From the NCBI RefSeq assembly GCF_006345805.1, contig NC_042998.1, positions 143,778,001-143,842,000 of the forward strand: a DNA stretch of 64,000 nt, given 5' to 3'. Positions 23,500-35,056 of the stretch are shown one piece after another. The position numbers and the translations under genes are program-made. The DNA comes from Octopus sinensis. Taxonomy: Eukaryota. Under the pieces are notes generated by a model. The model was not told the DNA's origin. It saw only the letters and a program-made list of their open reading frames with translations, and did not search any database. How positions within the stretch are numbered: the stretch's first letter is position 1; each line of letters starts with the position of its first letter.

Positions 23500-23763
23500 C
23501 TATCGCTTTATATATCCCTCGAAACGTTTAGTAGATGAAACCTTAGCGACTGAAGAAGGGGATTTTTCGTTGTGCTTATTGTCCTGTATCTCTCTCTTTT
23601 TTTTTGCTTGTCTTGTTCCGGTTTTGTGTCTATGTGTTTCGTCTCTCTATGTGTTCGACGTCTTTTTGGTGTCCTGTACACATATTGCGTGTATATGTAC
23701 ATCTAGAGGTAGGTACGTACATATATGTTTATATATATGCATATGTTCATTTTTATTAACATA

Positions 23764-23765
<2 letters not shown>
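23500..23765 (+). mobile_element. Permuted-hammerhead element, CUGAAGA subfamily (motif 23500-23561)
   Basis: CUA/UCGCU-8nt-CCCUC-GAAAC...AGCGA-CUGAAGA-A-GGGG. The body is homologous to 19320 and to the 8-kb copies. Confidence 0.6.
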
Positions 23766-23807
<42 letters not shown>

Positions 23808-24342
23808 TATCTATATATATAGATATACATATGACGGCGTCTTGCAGTGTCCGTCTACCAATCCCACTCACAAGTCTTGATCAGCCTGAGGCTATAGTAG
23901 AAGATACTTGCCCAATGTACCATACAGTGGGACTGAACTCGGAACTATTAATATAGTTACATATATAGACAAACACACACTCACATATACACACACATAT
24001 ATATAAATATATATATATATATATGACAGAGAGAGAAAGAGAAACAGCGAGAGAGAGAGAAAGAGTGGGAGAGAGGCAATGCGATTGCCTTTTTTGTTAT
24101 CCGTTTCTTTTGCTTTTCTTTTCTTGTCCCTGTGTAGTTCACTCCACCTCTTTTTATCTTTCCTGTCGTTTCGTTTCGCTCTTTTTGTCTCCCTCCTAAC
24201 ACTTTTTCATCAAACCCGTTCACATCCTTATCTTTCCCTCCCCTCACACACACATACACGCATTTTATATATATATATTATATTATATATATAGACTCTG
24301 TGTGTGTGAGAGAGATACACACAGTCACACATATGTAAAGGC

Positions 24343-24396
<54 letters not shown>

Positions 24397-25339
24397 GATA
24401 GATAGATAATAGATGAGTAATAGATAGATAGATAATAGATAGATAGATAGATATGAATATATATTATATGCATATACATTATGTATATGTTAGTGCATTA
24501 TATATGTATGTATATTAGAGTCACTTTTCTATTCTTCCTAACACTGATTTTCTTTCTTCTTCCCTTCTCCCTTTCTTTTTTATATAGACATGCCTTTGTC
24601 ACTCATTCAACTCCCCTCTATATTTTTATCTATCTTCTTTTTTCTCTTTTATATTTCCCTCCCACTATCCTCTTTTCCCCTCTCTGTTTTTCTTAATCTT
24701 TCTCCATATCTTTTACTCCCTCTAACTTTTTTCTTCTATTTTCCCTCTCTTTTAAACTGTAATACGTTTTCTTTTTCTCCTCTCTTCCCTCTACTACAAA
24801 ACTTCTCCTTCCTCTTTCTCCCCACTCCTAAGTATTATCCTTGCACTCAATCTCTCCTCCCCCTCGCTCTGTCTCTTACGGACAGCATCAGTTTCTACTC
24901 CTACTTCTTCTCTATCTCTCCCTCAAACCACTCACTCACAGCTTGAGACAGGTTCGGTGATAGACCGACCTCGTCCTTCTCACATTTTTTCTTTTTTTAA
25001 AAACCCCAAACTGTATTTATGGATTTCTAATCACCCGAACCAAGGATTCTTGTATATCATTTATTATAACACATACCACCACCAGTATTATTATTATTAA
25101 TAATAATAATAACAATATCTGGACCACCCGTTGTTATTATTTTCATTATTATTATAATTAATTTAATTTTTCTCCTGTTCGGTGGTTTATTTGTGTTATG
25201 AAAATAATCTTGACTCTATTTAAAAACACCAGAAAGAAAAAAAGGTATCTCTTCTATGTATTATTTCACTATTGTCTTATTTGTGTTATATATAAATATA
25301 TTTATATATACGATGTCTCTCTCTCTCTCTCTTACTCAC

Positions 25340-25560
25340 CCTCTCTATCTCTTCTTTCTCACTCTCTTGAGTGACGAGCAACGGAGCGGGGTGGTTAATG
25401 TGAAGATATCGGCGAATCGACTCTGTAACAGTTTCGATTTCCGCCTGGAACAGTATCATTTTTACTTCATTAACATTGCTAATGCCTTGGAGGAAGGCCA
25501 CAACATCCTTAATGTTTCTTTTTTTTACCCTCTCTCTAAAAAACAGACGGAAAATATCCG
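25340..25560 (-). other. Candidate minus-strand first exon ending at a strong donor
   Basis: Non-repetitive CpG-containing stretch ending AGG|GTGAGTAAG (donor at 25339). The 5' limit is unknown. Confidence 0.3.
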
Positions 25561-26254
25561 GTACTTGTTAGGAAGGCTGATTATTAACCATGCATGATGG
25601 TGACATAATGATGATTCTTATCGTTAGGGTATATATCTGAGTATATAATCTAGGAATATTGCATATCCACCCGTTACTGATTATTCTCTAAAGCAAATAT
25701 TTATCAAAAAATATGTATACAAGAAAAAAAAAAGCACGAAAATAACTTTTAAAATATTTAAAATTTACAGATTTGTTTACATTTTTTAGCCGACGATTTG
25801 GTTATGTTGTGAAAACTTGTAATCTCTTGAACCGTGTATTTATAGACTATAAAATGTTATTGATAAAAAAATAATAATAACTATTCATTGATTGTCTTCT
25901 TTCAGCAAATTTTTAAGTATTTTTATATTAATCCTTGTGATTATTGTAGTTGTTTTGTATTTTCTTTTCTTTGTGGTTGGATTTTGGAGAGATCACCGAA
26001 GATGAATATTCATGTGTAATCTATATGTAACTTATTTTACTATTAATATTATATACTGTTAATATATAAGTATAAATAAGTACATATACATATATATTGT
26101 GAATGTCGAATTTTAATTCAGTTACTTCTGAATATTAACTGTCCCCAATGCTTATACACACACTAGATATCCTCTCCATCCTTGCCAAACTAATGGTGTT
26201 GGGGTGTTCATCTATAATAATGACGATAATAGCAATATATACTCAATCATGAAT

Positions 26255-26304
<50 letters not shown>

Positions 26305-29300
26305 CTACACGCCGAAATCATCAAATCTTAGTAATCGATTGACACCAAATCGCGCATATATACAGATATATGTATACATATAATAGATATGTCTATATGG
26401 ATGTATGTGTGTGTGTATACATATGATCTTTATTGCTATCGATCGCTAATGATTTAGTTATTTGGTGTTTTAGCTCTTGCAGTGTTTAACCTATAATCTT
26501 ACACTTTTCTCTCTCTCTTTATCCCTCTCTCATCTCTTTCACTCTATCTCTCCTCTCTCGTTCAGTCTTCTGTATCTCTCATCTTCCTTGGTCACTCTCT
26601 CGTCGATTCCTTTCATTTTCACTCACACTCTCTATCTTTTAATCTTTCTTCTCTTTCTCGATCTCTCAATCACAATATGTACTTCGTAGTTCCTAGCGAT
26701 GCTTCACTAATCATCAAACAATCCTTTCAGCCATTTCTACAAATTTTATTTGTAGGGCGGTCATAGACAACAAACTGTCGAAATTTCTTCCAAATATAAT
26801 CCTTCGCTATTTTTGACAATAAATCCCGATAGCGTTGATAAAAAAAAGTACTTTACTATACTTTTTATACTCATTTCTCTATTCACAATATATTTTCTCC
26901 AAATTACAAAAAGAAAAAAAGTCTTGTATTAAATTAACTGGCACGTCCATTATTTTGGCGCTTGGGTCTTTTAGTACCAAGCACCAAATTATTGATGCAA
27001 AATGAGATAACCACAGTATTTATTACTGATATTTATTTTCCCACCTCGTCTCCATTTGATTTCAGAACTGAGACACAAACCTAAAAAAATAAATAAAGTC
27101 GATTTTTATCCCGTCAAAATTTCTGCTCTTATGCCTGAGAAATTCTTACTATCATTCTCTACAGCCATTTCTTGCTATTTGGGAATGGGTAAATGGTTAA
27201 AATGAATTAGTCTTGGATTTTTTATTTCATTGGCCTTTTTAAAAACTTGCTTGATGTCAGCAGTATCTTTTACATCCTGCTTTTAATGTAACATTAATCC
27301 GTGCACGCACAGACATACATTTCTAGTAATAATGTCTTCATAATACGGAGACACGCTCCAAGCTGTCTCTCTCTCTCTCCCTCCCTCCTTTTCCTTCACT
27401 TTCGTAATCTTCTTTCTCTCTCCGTCCCCCTCCTACGGTATTCGTTACTCTTTCTTTCCCCACCCTCGGTTATTCTTTACTCTCTCTCACACTATCCCTC
27501 CTACCTTTCTGGTGTACCAAAATGGTTGACTTGACTCATACCCGACCGTAGCTGGTCGAAACGGTGATTTGTGATTTATATATATACGCATATAAAATTT
27601 TTTAAATACACACACACATGTATAGTTTCTTTCTTGGTTTCTTTATAAAATGTTGTTATTGCTTCGTTATTGGTGTTGTTGCTATTAAACATCTGTGTAA
27701 TTTTTATCTGATCTAATAGTTATGACATTACAAATACTGCACAAACCGTTCACTGGAATATACAGTATGTATATACATATAATTGTGTTTATGTAAAATT
27801 GAGTTGAACATTAAGTATGTGGATCACTCAGTACTTTTCAGTAGAGTACCATGTTTTACGAGGTTGACAGTGAGTTCGAAGTTTCGGCTTAGTTGACATA
27901 AGTCAACCTGTCACCTTTACATTTTTTGCGACCATATATATATATGTGTATGTGTGTGTGAGTGTATGTAGACGGGTGCAAAATGACGATACAATGCATT
28001 TGATCTATTCATTGACTTATCACTAGAGTAGATAAAAGTAATAGGGAGGCAGAAAATAAGTGATAAAGATAGCTGGCTAAACTTGGAAAATCCCTCCCAC
28101 CATTTTTTCTTCTAAATATACTTCATTGGGACTTAATTCCTGTTTACTTACCAAGTCTTATTTTATTATTTTTGGGTTGAATTCTGTGGAATATAGCTAA
28201 ATTCTTTTACCATCTCTCTATCTGTGTCACTCTTCCTAACGTTTTTTTTTTTTCGTCTTTGTTTTGTTTTTTTTTCTTTGACACATTTTCGTCTTTCTCC
28301 TTCTAAAAGCCATCCGTCTTTTCCTTCCCTCACTTAAAAGTTTTAAAAAAAGCAATTCGGGTCATGTTTGTTACCTGCCATCGACATTTCATATGATGTG
28401 GTGGGGGACCCTTATACCATTAGTTAGTTCCACTAAGCATTACTACTCTGATATATTAGTCATATTGTATTGATACAATAATAAACAAATGTTTGTTGTG
28501 GTTTCAAAGATTTGTTTCTTAAAAAAGGTGATGTTATTTGTATGGAGAGCTTTAAATAAATCATTTCGCCCGCCTCTCTACTATCGAGACCGACCGGGTT
28601 TGGCTACATGTGGCCACCCGCCATTCCTTTTCTCTCTCTCTCTCTTTATATATAAATTAACTTTCTCTTATTTTCCACCCTCTTTTCTTGCTACAAATAA
28701 CTTTATGTCTTAATTTCCTGTGTATCTAGCTTTTACATTTCGTGCAAAGCTTCTTAGTAACGATGCAGAAATGTTGGATATTCTTTCGTTTCAACATATT
28801 TCTGATTTTTTTATTTTTTTTTTAATATTTAAAAAATTGATTCGAAGTAAAAGCGAAAAGTTTTGGCGAATGTTTTTTTCTTTATTTCGTTTTTAACAAT
28901 ACGTTGTTATCTAAAAAAAATAATGAATTTTTGTTTTTTGTTATTGAATATTTTTGTTTCTAAATTCGCCGATAAAAATTTTATTCACTTCAGTACATTT
29001 TTCCTCTGCATAATTAATGGCAGCCATGATATAATTAACAATGGACTTTTCACGTGTGTACCTCTGTGTGTGTGTGCACATATATGTATGCCTATTTTAA
29101 ATGTGTGTATATATATATATATAAACTTTAGTGTGTGCCTATATCTATTTTCATGTGTGTGTGTATATATACACACACATACACATTGTGTGCTTTATTT
29201 CTTTTTATTAAAGCCTACATTGCTTTCATAATTAACAATTGATATTGAGTCGTCTTTTTTATCCACTGATCTCTGCCTAAATGTACTTTTTGTACAAGTT

Positions 29301-30899
29301 GACATGTCATGATGTAGCTTTCAATTTTTAACGTCTTATTTATATATATTCGATTGCACCCGTGGGGAAGCTTAAAAATAACTTCAGACTACATTCCTTT
29401 TATTTATTTCATGCGTATTTCTGATAATTAAGTGGATATACTACTTGATGTCGAGCTATTTTCTCATTAATCTTTGAATAGTCTAATAATACTTTACCAA
29501 TATCTCGTTATAAGTTTCATACATTGTATGAATAATTTCCCTTGTATTTAAAGGTTTTCCGAATTTGTTTTTTGCCTCCACTGTTGATATTTTCTTAGTT
29601 GTATCGGTGTTTATAGATTTAATAGCATTAAATACACTATTCAGCCAATAACACGTGTATTTGTGTGCAAATATTAATCCTTTTCCTCCCACCTTGCGTC
29701 AATTGCCTTCAAGTTTATTATGATCAAGTATCATTTAATATTTTATTTCAACATATTTCCACTAATCATGATTTAAGGTCGTTTTAATGATTCGATTTTC
29801 TTCAAGAATTACGCTCTCTAGTCTGCTTTTTAAATTATTCTAGTTATTATTATTATTAGGTTCCCTATCCTGCATCATCATGTAACGTATGTATGCAGGC
29901 ATGTCTTCAGCAGTAGTAGTAGCAGCTGTGAAATCTAAAAATATATCGATATAATATTAGTAACGTATTAGATGTATTGCATTTTTAATGGTTCAATACT
30001 CTTTTTAATGGATGGCGTGAAGTGTGTGTGCAAGAGGTGGTGGTGGTGGCGGAGAACGACCGTGAGTATCGTCGAAGTGGTGTGTAGTTCTTTAGGTCTC
30101 TGCCAGCAGCCGGCTACACACATCAGACCAGACATTTACACACATACACTCAACACATGTAGCAAACAATCCGTGTAATATTGGCCTCTTTCTTTTTCCA
30201 TCTCGAGATAGTGGAAGCTGTGCGGTATGAATGTTTCTTCTCTGCTTAAGGCAGAGAGAGAAAGAGAGATCCTCCCCTTCTCCTGTATTACCAAGGTGTC
30301 AGAAACTGATTAAACGTCTCGCTGTTATTGCTGCTCCACACACTCCCTGTATTTACGTCTCTCTCTCTCTCTTTCTCTCTCGCGTTGTCCTTTGTTGCCG
30401 TTTTTGTTGCTTGGCGCACTCCCCCGTAATACATATCGGTTTGATCATATTACTTAGCATTTTTGCTTTCCTCATATGTCATCTCCCGCTCTCTCTGTCT
30501 ATCCCCCCCTCTCTCTAACGCGCATGCACGCACACACACGTTCTCTCTCTCTCTCTCTCTCTCATACTCAGATATGTTTTAATTATAATTAATCTATATA
30601 TTCAAACACGTCACATCACACGCATACACACACAATATATAAATGCAAACATACACATTCACCCGCACATACATACACACACGTTCTTCCTCCCAGTCAT
30701 AAAATGCTACTGGAATGGCGGGTGAAACATCAAAAGGTAAAAGAAATATATACATATAATATATCTTGCATTTTTAGGTTAACTGTATTATAGAACTATT
30801 ACACTTTGAAATAATTCTTACATTGTTTACATATCAAATTTGTTTGGCAGTACTTTTTTTTACCATTTTCCGCTCCTAAAATTTGTTTCATAACATTGC

Positions 30900-31150
30900 T
30901 AGAATTTGTGCTGGCCATTTGCGATGTGACGTATCTGTTGCATGTTTGGTCTAATTTCGCCTGGAAGAACTGTGGTGTCTTGTGTTAATGGTCGTCGTCT
31001 CGTAGTACCGTCTTTAATTACCAATTTCCTAGTGCCGCCATTTCTCGATCCACCTCCGGTGCGCGCGCAACGGCAACCCGTAGGAAGTGGAACTTGTTGC
31101 ACTTCGTCATGTCACCAAGTGATATAATACTTCGGAGACAGAGAGAAAAG
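30900..31150. promoter_or_regulatory. CpG-rich promoter-like segment
   Basis: Local CpG peak (GGTGCGCGCGCAACGG), YY1-like GCCGCCATTT and ETS-like GGAAGTG. It lies just left of the CpG-depleted domain. Confidence 0.35.
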
Positions 31151-31614
31151 GACTTGCTTTAGTTGATCATTCCTTTAGCTACACTTTTCGTCTTAGACCG
31201 GCTCTGCTCTTGTTATTCGATCAATCGAATGCTAGGTGTAAGCTGTGTAAAATCTCACTGTTATCATCCTAAACTGCTTAACGTTTCTAGTAATGCAAAC
31301 AACGTTTATGGTTTCTCAAGAAAGGGTGCAAATCTAGGGTTTTTCTCTTTGGAGGGAAGTTGAGGGTGGTTTGTACTTTTCTAGCAATGAAAAAGAAGCA
31401 GTTCCAAATCAGGTCGCTGTAACCTATTACAGCAACACGGGGCGGCCCGCAAAATATAGGTCTGCTTCTAATATTTCCAGTTTTTGTTTTGGAGTGGTGT
31501 ACAGTTTTTTTTTTTCTTCTTATCCGATCGCACTAATATTACCTTTTTTGTACTGAAAAATTTGTCAATAATTTATAAAAAAATATATGAAAATAAAATT
31601 TTAAAAGCTCCCAA

Positions 31615-32060
31615 GACTAGTGTGGCTATGTGGTAAAAAAAAAGTTTGCTTCCCAACCACATGGTTCCGGGTTCAGTCCCACTGCGTGGTACTTTGGACA
31701 AGTGGATTTAATAGACGGAAATTGAAAGAATCCCGTCGTATATTGTGTTTGTTCCCTACCACCTCTTTACATCCGTTGATGGTGTGTTTGTGTCCCCGTA
31801 AAAGAGACTAGAGCAGAATAAGTACTGGGGTCGATTCATTCGTCTAAAGATTCTTCAAGGCAGTGCATCAGCATGGCCTCAGTCTAATACAGTAGTTCCC
31901 AACGTGTGGTCCGCAAAGGCAGTACTGAAGGTCCGTGAACTAAATTCAAAATTTCAAATATATATATATACACACACACAAGGATAGACATATTAAAAGG
32001 TGTCCTTAGTAGTGAAAAGGTTAAGAACCGTTGGTCTAATGACTGAAACAAGTAAAAAAT
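31615..32060 (+). mobile_element. SINE (3902 family) with a hAT MITE in its tail
   Basis: The tail CAGTC..AATGACTGAAACAAGTAAAA is split by the 31890-32033 insertion. Confidence 0.75.
31890..32033. mobile_element. hAT (Buster/Charlie-like) MITE
   Basis: Ends CAGTAGTTCCCAAC and GTTAAGAACCGTTG, with an 8-bp TSD GTCTAATA/GTCTAATG that has a central TA. Confidence 0.75.
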
Positions 32061-32134
32061 ATATATGTAAACATTTATATAACAACAACTCTGAGTCACT
32101 TGTTACATTTACTCATATTTTGGCAATGTTTTAG

Positions 32135-32205
32135 CACAAGTTACAGAATGGATCTTGTGAACTGTTGGAAACAAAGTTGTTCCAATAACCACAGAAGTCG
32201 TAAAG
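32135..32205 (+). other. Candidate exon, possibly with start codon (MDLVNCWKQSCSNNHRSRK)
   Basis: TTTTAG| acceptor and AAAG|GTAATC donor. It is the first such unit after the promoter-like zone. I recognise no homology. Confidence 0.3.
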
Positions 32206-32984
32206 GTAATCTTTACTCAATGGCAGATCGTCTGTTGCCTAACTCAAGTCACTGGAATTCAAACTGAAGTTACATTATGCCCCTAGGTGAGATGTATAGT
32301 GCTTTTTCAGTCTATCTGCTGTGTGTTTGTGTGTGTGTGTGTATATATATAATATATATATATATACACACACACACACTTATAAAATTCAACAAGTTGG
32401 TTGTTCACATGGGTATCCAAGTGTGAAAATATTCATTCCAACAATTAATATGCAGATATCTAAACCAGATGAGGAAAAGAAAAAAGCTTCTCTGATAGAA
32501 TTTCTTTTCAGGTCATATATGTGTGTGTGTGTGTGCCATTTATATGTATAGAAACTGGACATGTTTTACTTCAACATTTCCCATAAAAATTTAACAATTT
32601 TTCTCACATTAATGATGTCTTTTCTGTACCTTATAACTAATATTAGGAACACTGTTGTCCAAATTTTTTTATGAGGTGTGAAAGTAATTGTCCCATTTCC
32701 ATAATTTCATGTATTGCTTAAAATAATCCCATCATTGTCAAAGACTAGGCCAGTTTGCTAAAGTCTCTCCCTGTGCACTTGTGCAATGTTATAGACTGGG
32801 TGGTTGAACAGCTATTGCCTCTATAGTACTTATCACCAAAACAAGAATACAGAAGAGGAGGAAGAAAGGTTTTGTGACAGAACACTACAGTAATATGAAA
32901 ATGTACGATGGTGTTTTGGGAATTAAAATTGTAAGATTACATTTTGAATGTATAGGCCTACAGGAATATATGTGTGTGGGTGTG

Positions 32985-33016
<32 letters not shown>

Positions 33017-33039
33017 ATATCTTTTACTCGCCTCAGTGC

Positions 33040-33440
33040 TGTCCAGTTTGGTAGTTGGTATAGCTTTCAGTTCCAAAGATGGGAACTAGACCTTCCAGGA
33101 TTTTCCATATGTATATCACTGCATATCTTTCATGCCTTCTCTAAGGAGTAGAGCTTCAGTTCCTTTAGCCTCTCCCAGTCACCAAGTTGGTCTTTATGTT
33201 ATATTGCTAGACTGGACAAGTGAGAACAAGCATTCTCAATAAAAGTAGCATAGCATCTTTTTTTCTTTGTTCTGGATGATTTTAGAGTCCATCCAGATAC
33301 TCACTTGCAATGTTGCCATCCTGGTAATACGCACATGGAATGTTGCAATATTACTCATGTGGGTTCCCAGGTTATACATTGATTCTGACTCTGGGATAGT
33401 ACTACCCACTGGTCCTGTGTATTCCAGTTGTGGTTTGTGA
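33040..33440 (-). pseudogene. CR1/L2-type LINE fragments
   Basis: ERLKELKLYSLE and GSTIPESESMYNLGTHMSNIATFHVRI are similar to 3245-3625. Confidence 0.7.
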
Positions 33441-34301
33441 GCTGATAGTGGAGTGCTTGAATATGTGTTTGTGTGTGTGTGTAGATATATATATATCTTA
33501 GAAAGAAAGAATGAACAAGCAAAATGTGGTATCAATTCAGAGTATCTAATTTATAACTCAAACATAATTGCAGAGTACTTAGAGTAAACAAGAGATTAAA
33601 AAAATAATGTATAAAGTCTGTTACAGCTGTTTCTAGAATAGCTGTCCATATAGTGTATAGGTCATTGAGCAAAGACTTCCATATAAGTCAACTGACCTAT
33701 CTTCAGAGAAGAAGAATTAAGGAATATCCTTAATAAACAATATTTGTAGTTACCAGTTCCATCCTTTAGCATTCAAACTGGCCCCTTACAACAACCCTAC
33801 AGTATCATTCTAAAAATTAAATTAACTCATGAAAATCTCAAAGCTACAAAATAATGCACAATTTATTCAAAACAATGTGAATAATTAAGCATTATTTTTA
33901 ATGAAATGATTTGAATGCTAAAGGGCTAAAGAGAGAGTGAGAAAATTTTTGCTCAATCACATATACACCGTATGCACAGCTATTCTAGAAACAGCTGTAA
34001 GAGACTTTATTTCTTAATCCCTTATTTACTCTAACTACTGTACAATTATGTTTGAATTATAAATTACATACTGTAAAGTGATACCACATTTTACTTGTTT
34101 GTTCTTTCTTCTATATGTCTACTTGTTCAATGATAATTACCAATAACCATTCTTGGTTAGGCAGCTACAACACCACCTTTGTTTTAATTGCAGTTCAAGT
34201 CAGAGTTGTGGTAAATCAAACTGAGCACTTACTGTACATACCTATTACGTTGCGTCATTAGATGGAATTTTTTATACATACTCTGTGTGTGTGATATTTA
34301 T

Positions 34302-35056
34302 CAGAGGCGACTCCAGGTCATCAGCATCACTTGAGCTCATCACAGATTTCGCATAAGATACATTTCTGCTCGAAGTATTTCACGTTTTTCTGCAATATTT
34401 CTTGCCTCAAATGGCTTATTTTTTATATCTAGCACTATGTCTTTCTCCACTTATATGTTAAGAGTAAAAATAAGCAACCCTGCAAAACATAACTGATCTT
34501 TACACCCAAACGCACAGAATAACAGCAATCAAATAACAACAAACATCAGTGATCTGTCACCTGTACTCTTGACAAGATATGACAGTCTTTTACACCTACC
34601 TGGCTCGTTCATATTAGCCTGAGTTGCTGGATATTTTTCATTCCTTTAAGGATATTGTAGAAAGGAAATTTTTCATAGATTGGAATTTAAATCCTAATTT
34701 CTATAGAAATTTATTGTTTCCAGAAAACAGTGAATTTGAATTACTTTTAATTTTTACGATTATAGATAACAACTCGAGCTGTAACTCCTGAGCCCAAGTC
34801 AGGCATGTGTGAACGATGTTGAGAGAATGTCTGCAACAAATGATATTTTTTGACACAGGGCACCTCTAAGATGACCACCACACACAGAATGAAAATAAAT
34901 AAACTGCCACCAGGTTCAATAAAAGGAGCCCAAATTATTGGCTGAAATTACAAGTCAGTGTTGGCAGAAATTAAATCTGCTTCCAAATACATGTTCACTT
35001 TACTAAATTTATACTTGGGCTAAGCCCAGACAGCCTGTATGCTGGAGTCGCCGCTG
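34302..35056 (-). mobile_element. 755-bp hAT-type deletion derivative with decayed transposase C-terminus
   Basis: 15-bp TIRs CAG(A/C)GGCGACTCCAG with one mismatch. The 8-bp flanks are ATATTTAT and ATGTATAT (6/8). The minus strand GLLIFTLNI*VEKDIV...AEKR loosely resembles the hAT dimerisation domain. Confidence 0.55.

Noticed and set aside
26303-26475. Degenerate inverted repeat, about 38-bp arms
   Set aside because: Only about 70% identity in AT-rich sequence. It is probably an old MITE and not distinctive.
27540-27575. GACC(GUAGCU)GGUC-GAAAC, a stem II plus GAAA look-alike
   Set aside because: There is no CUGANGA before the hairpin, and I found no partner segment nearby.
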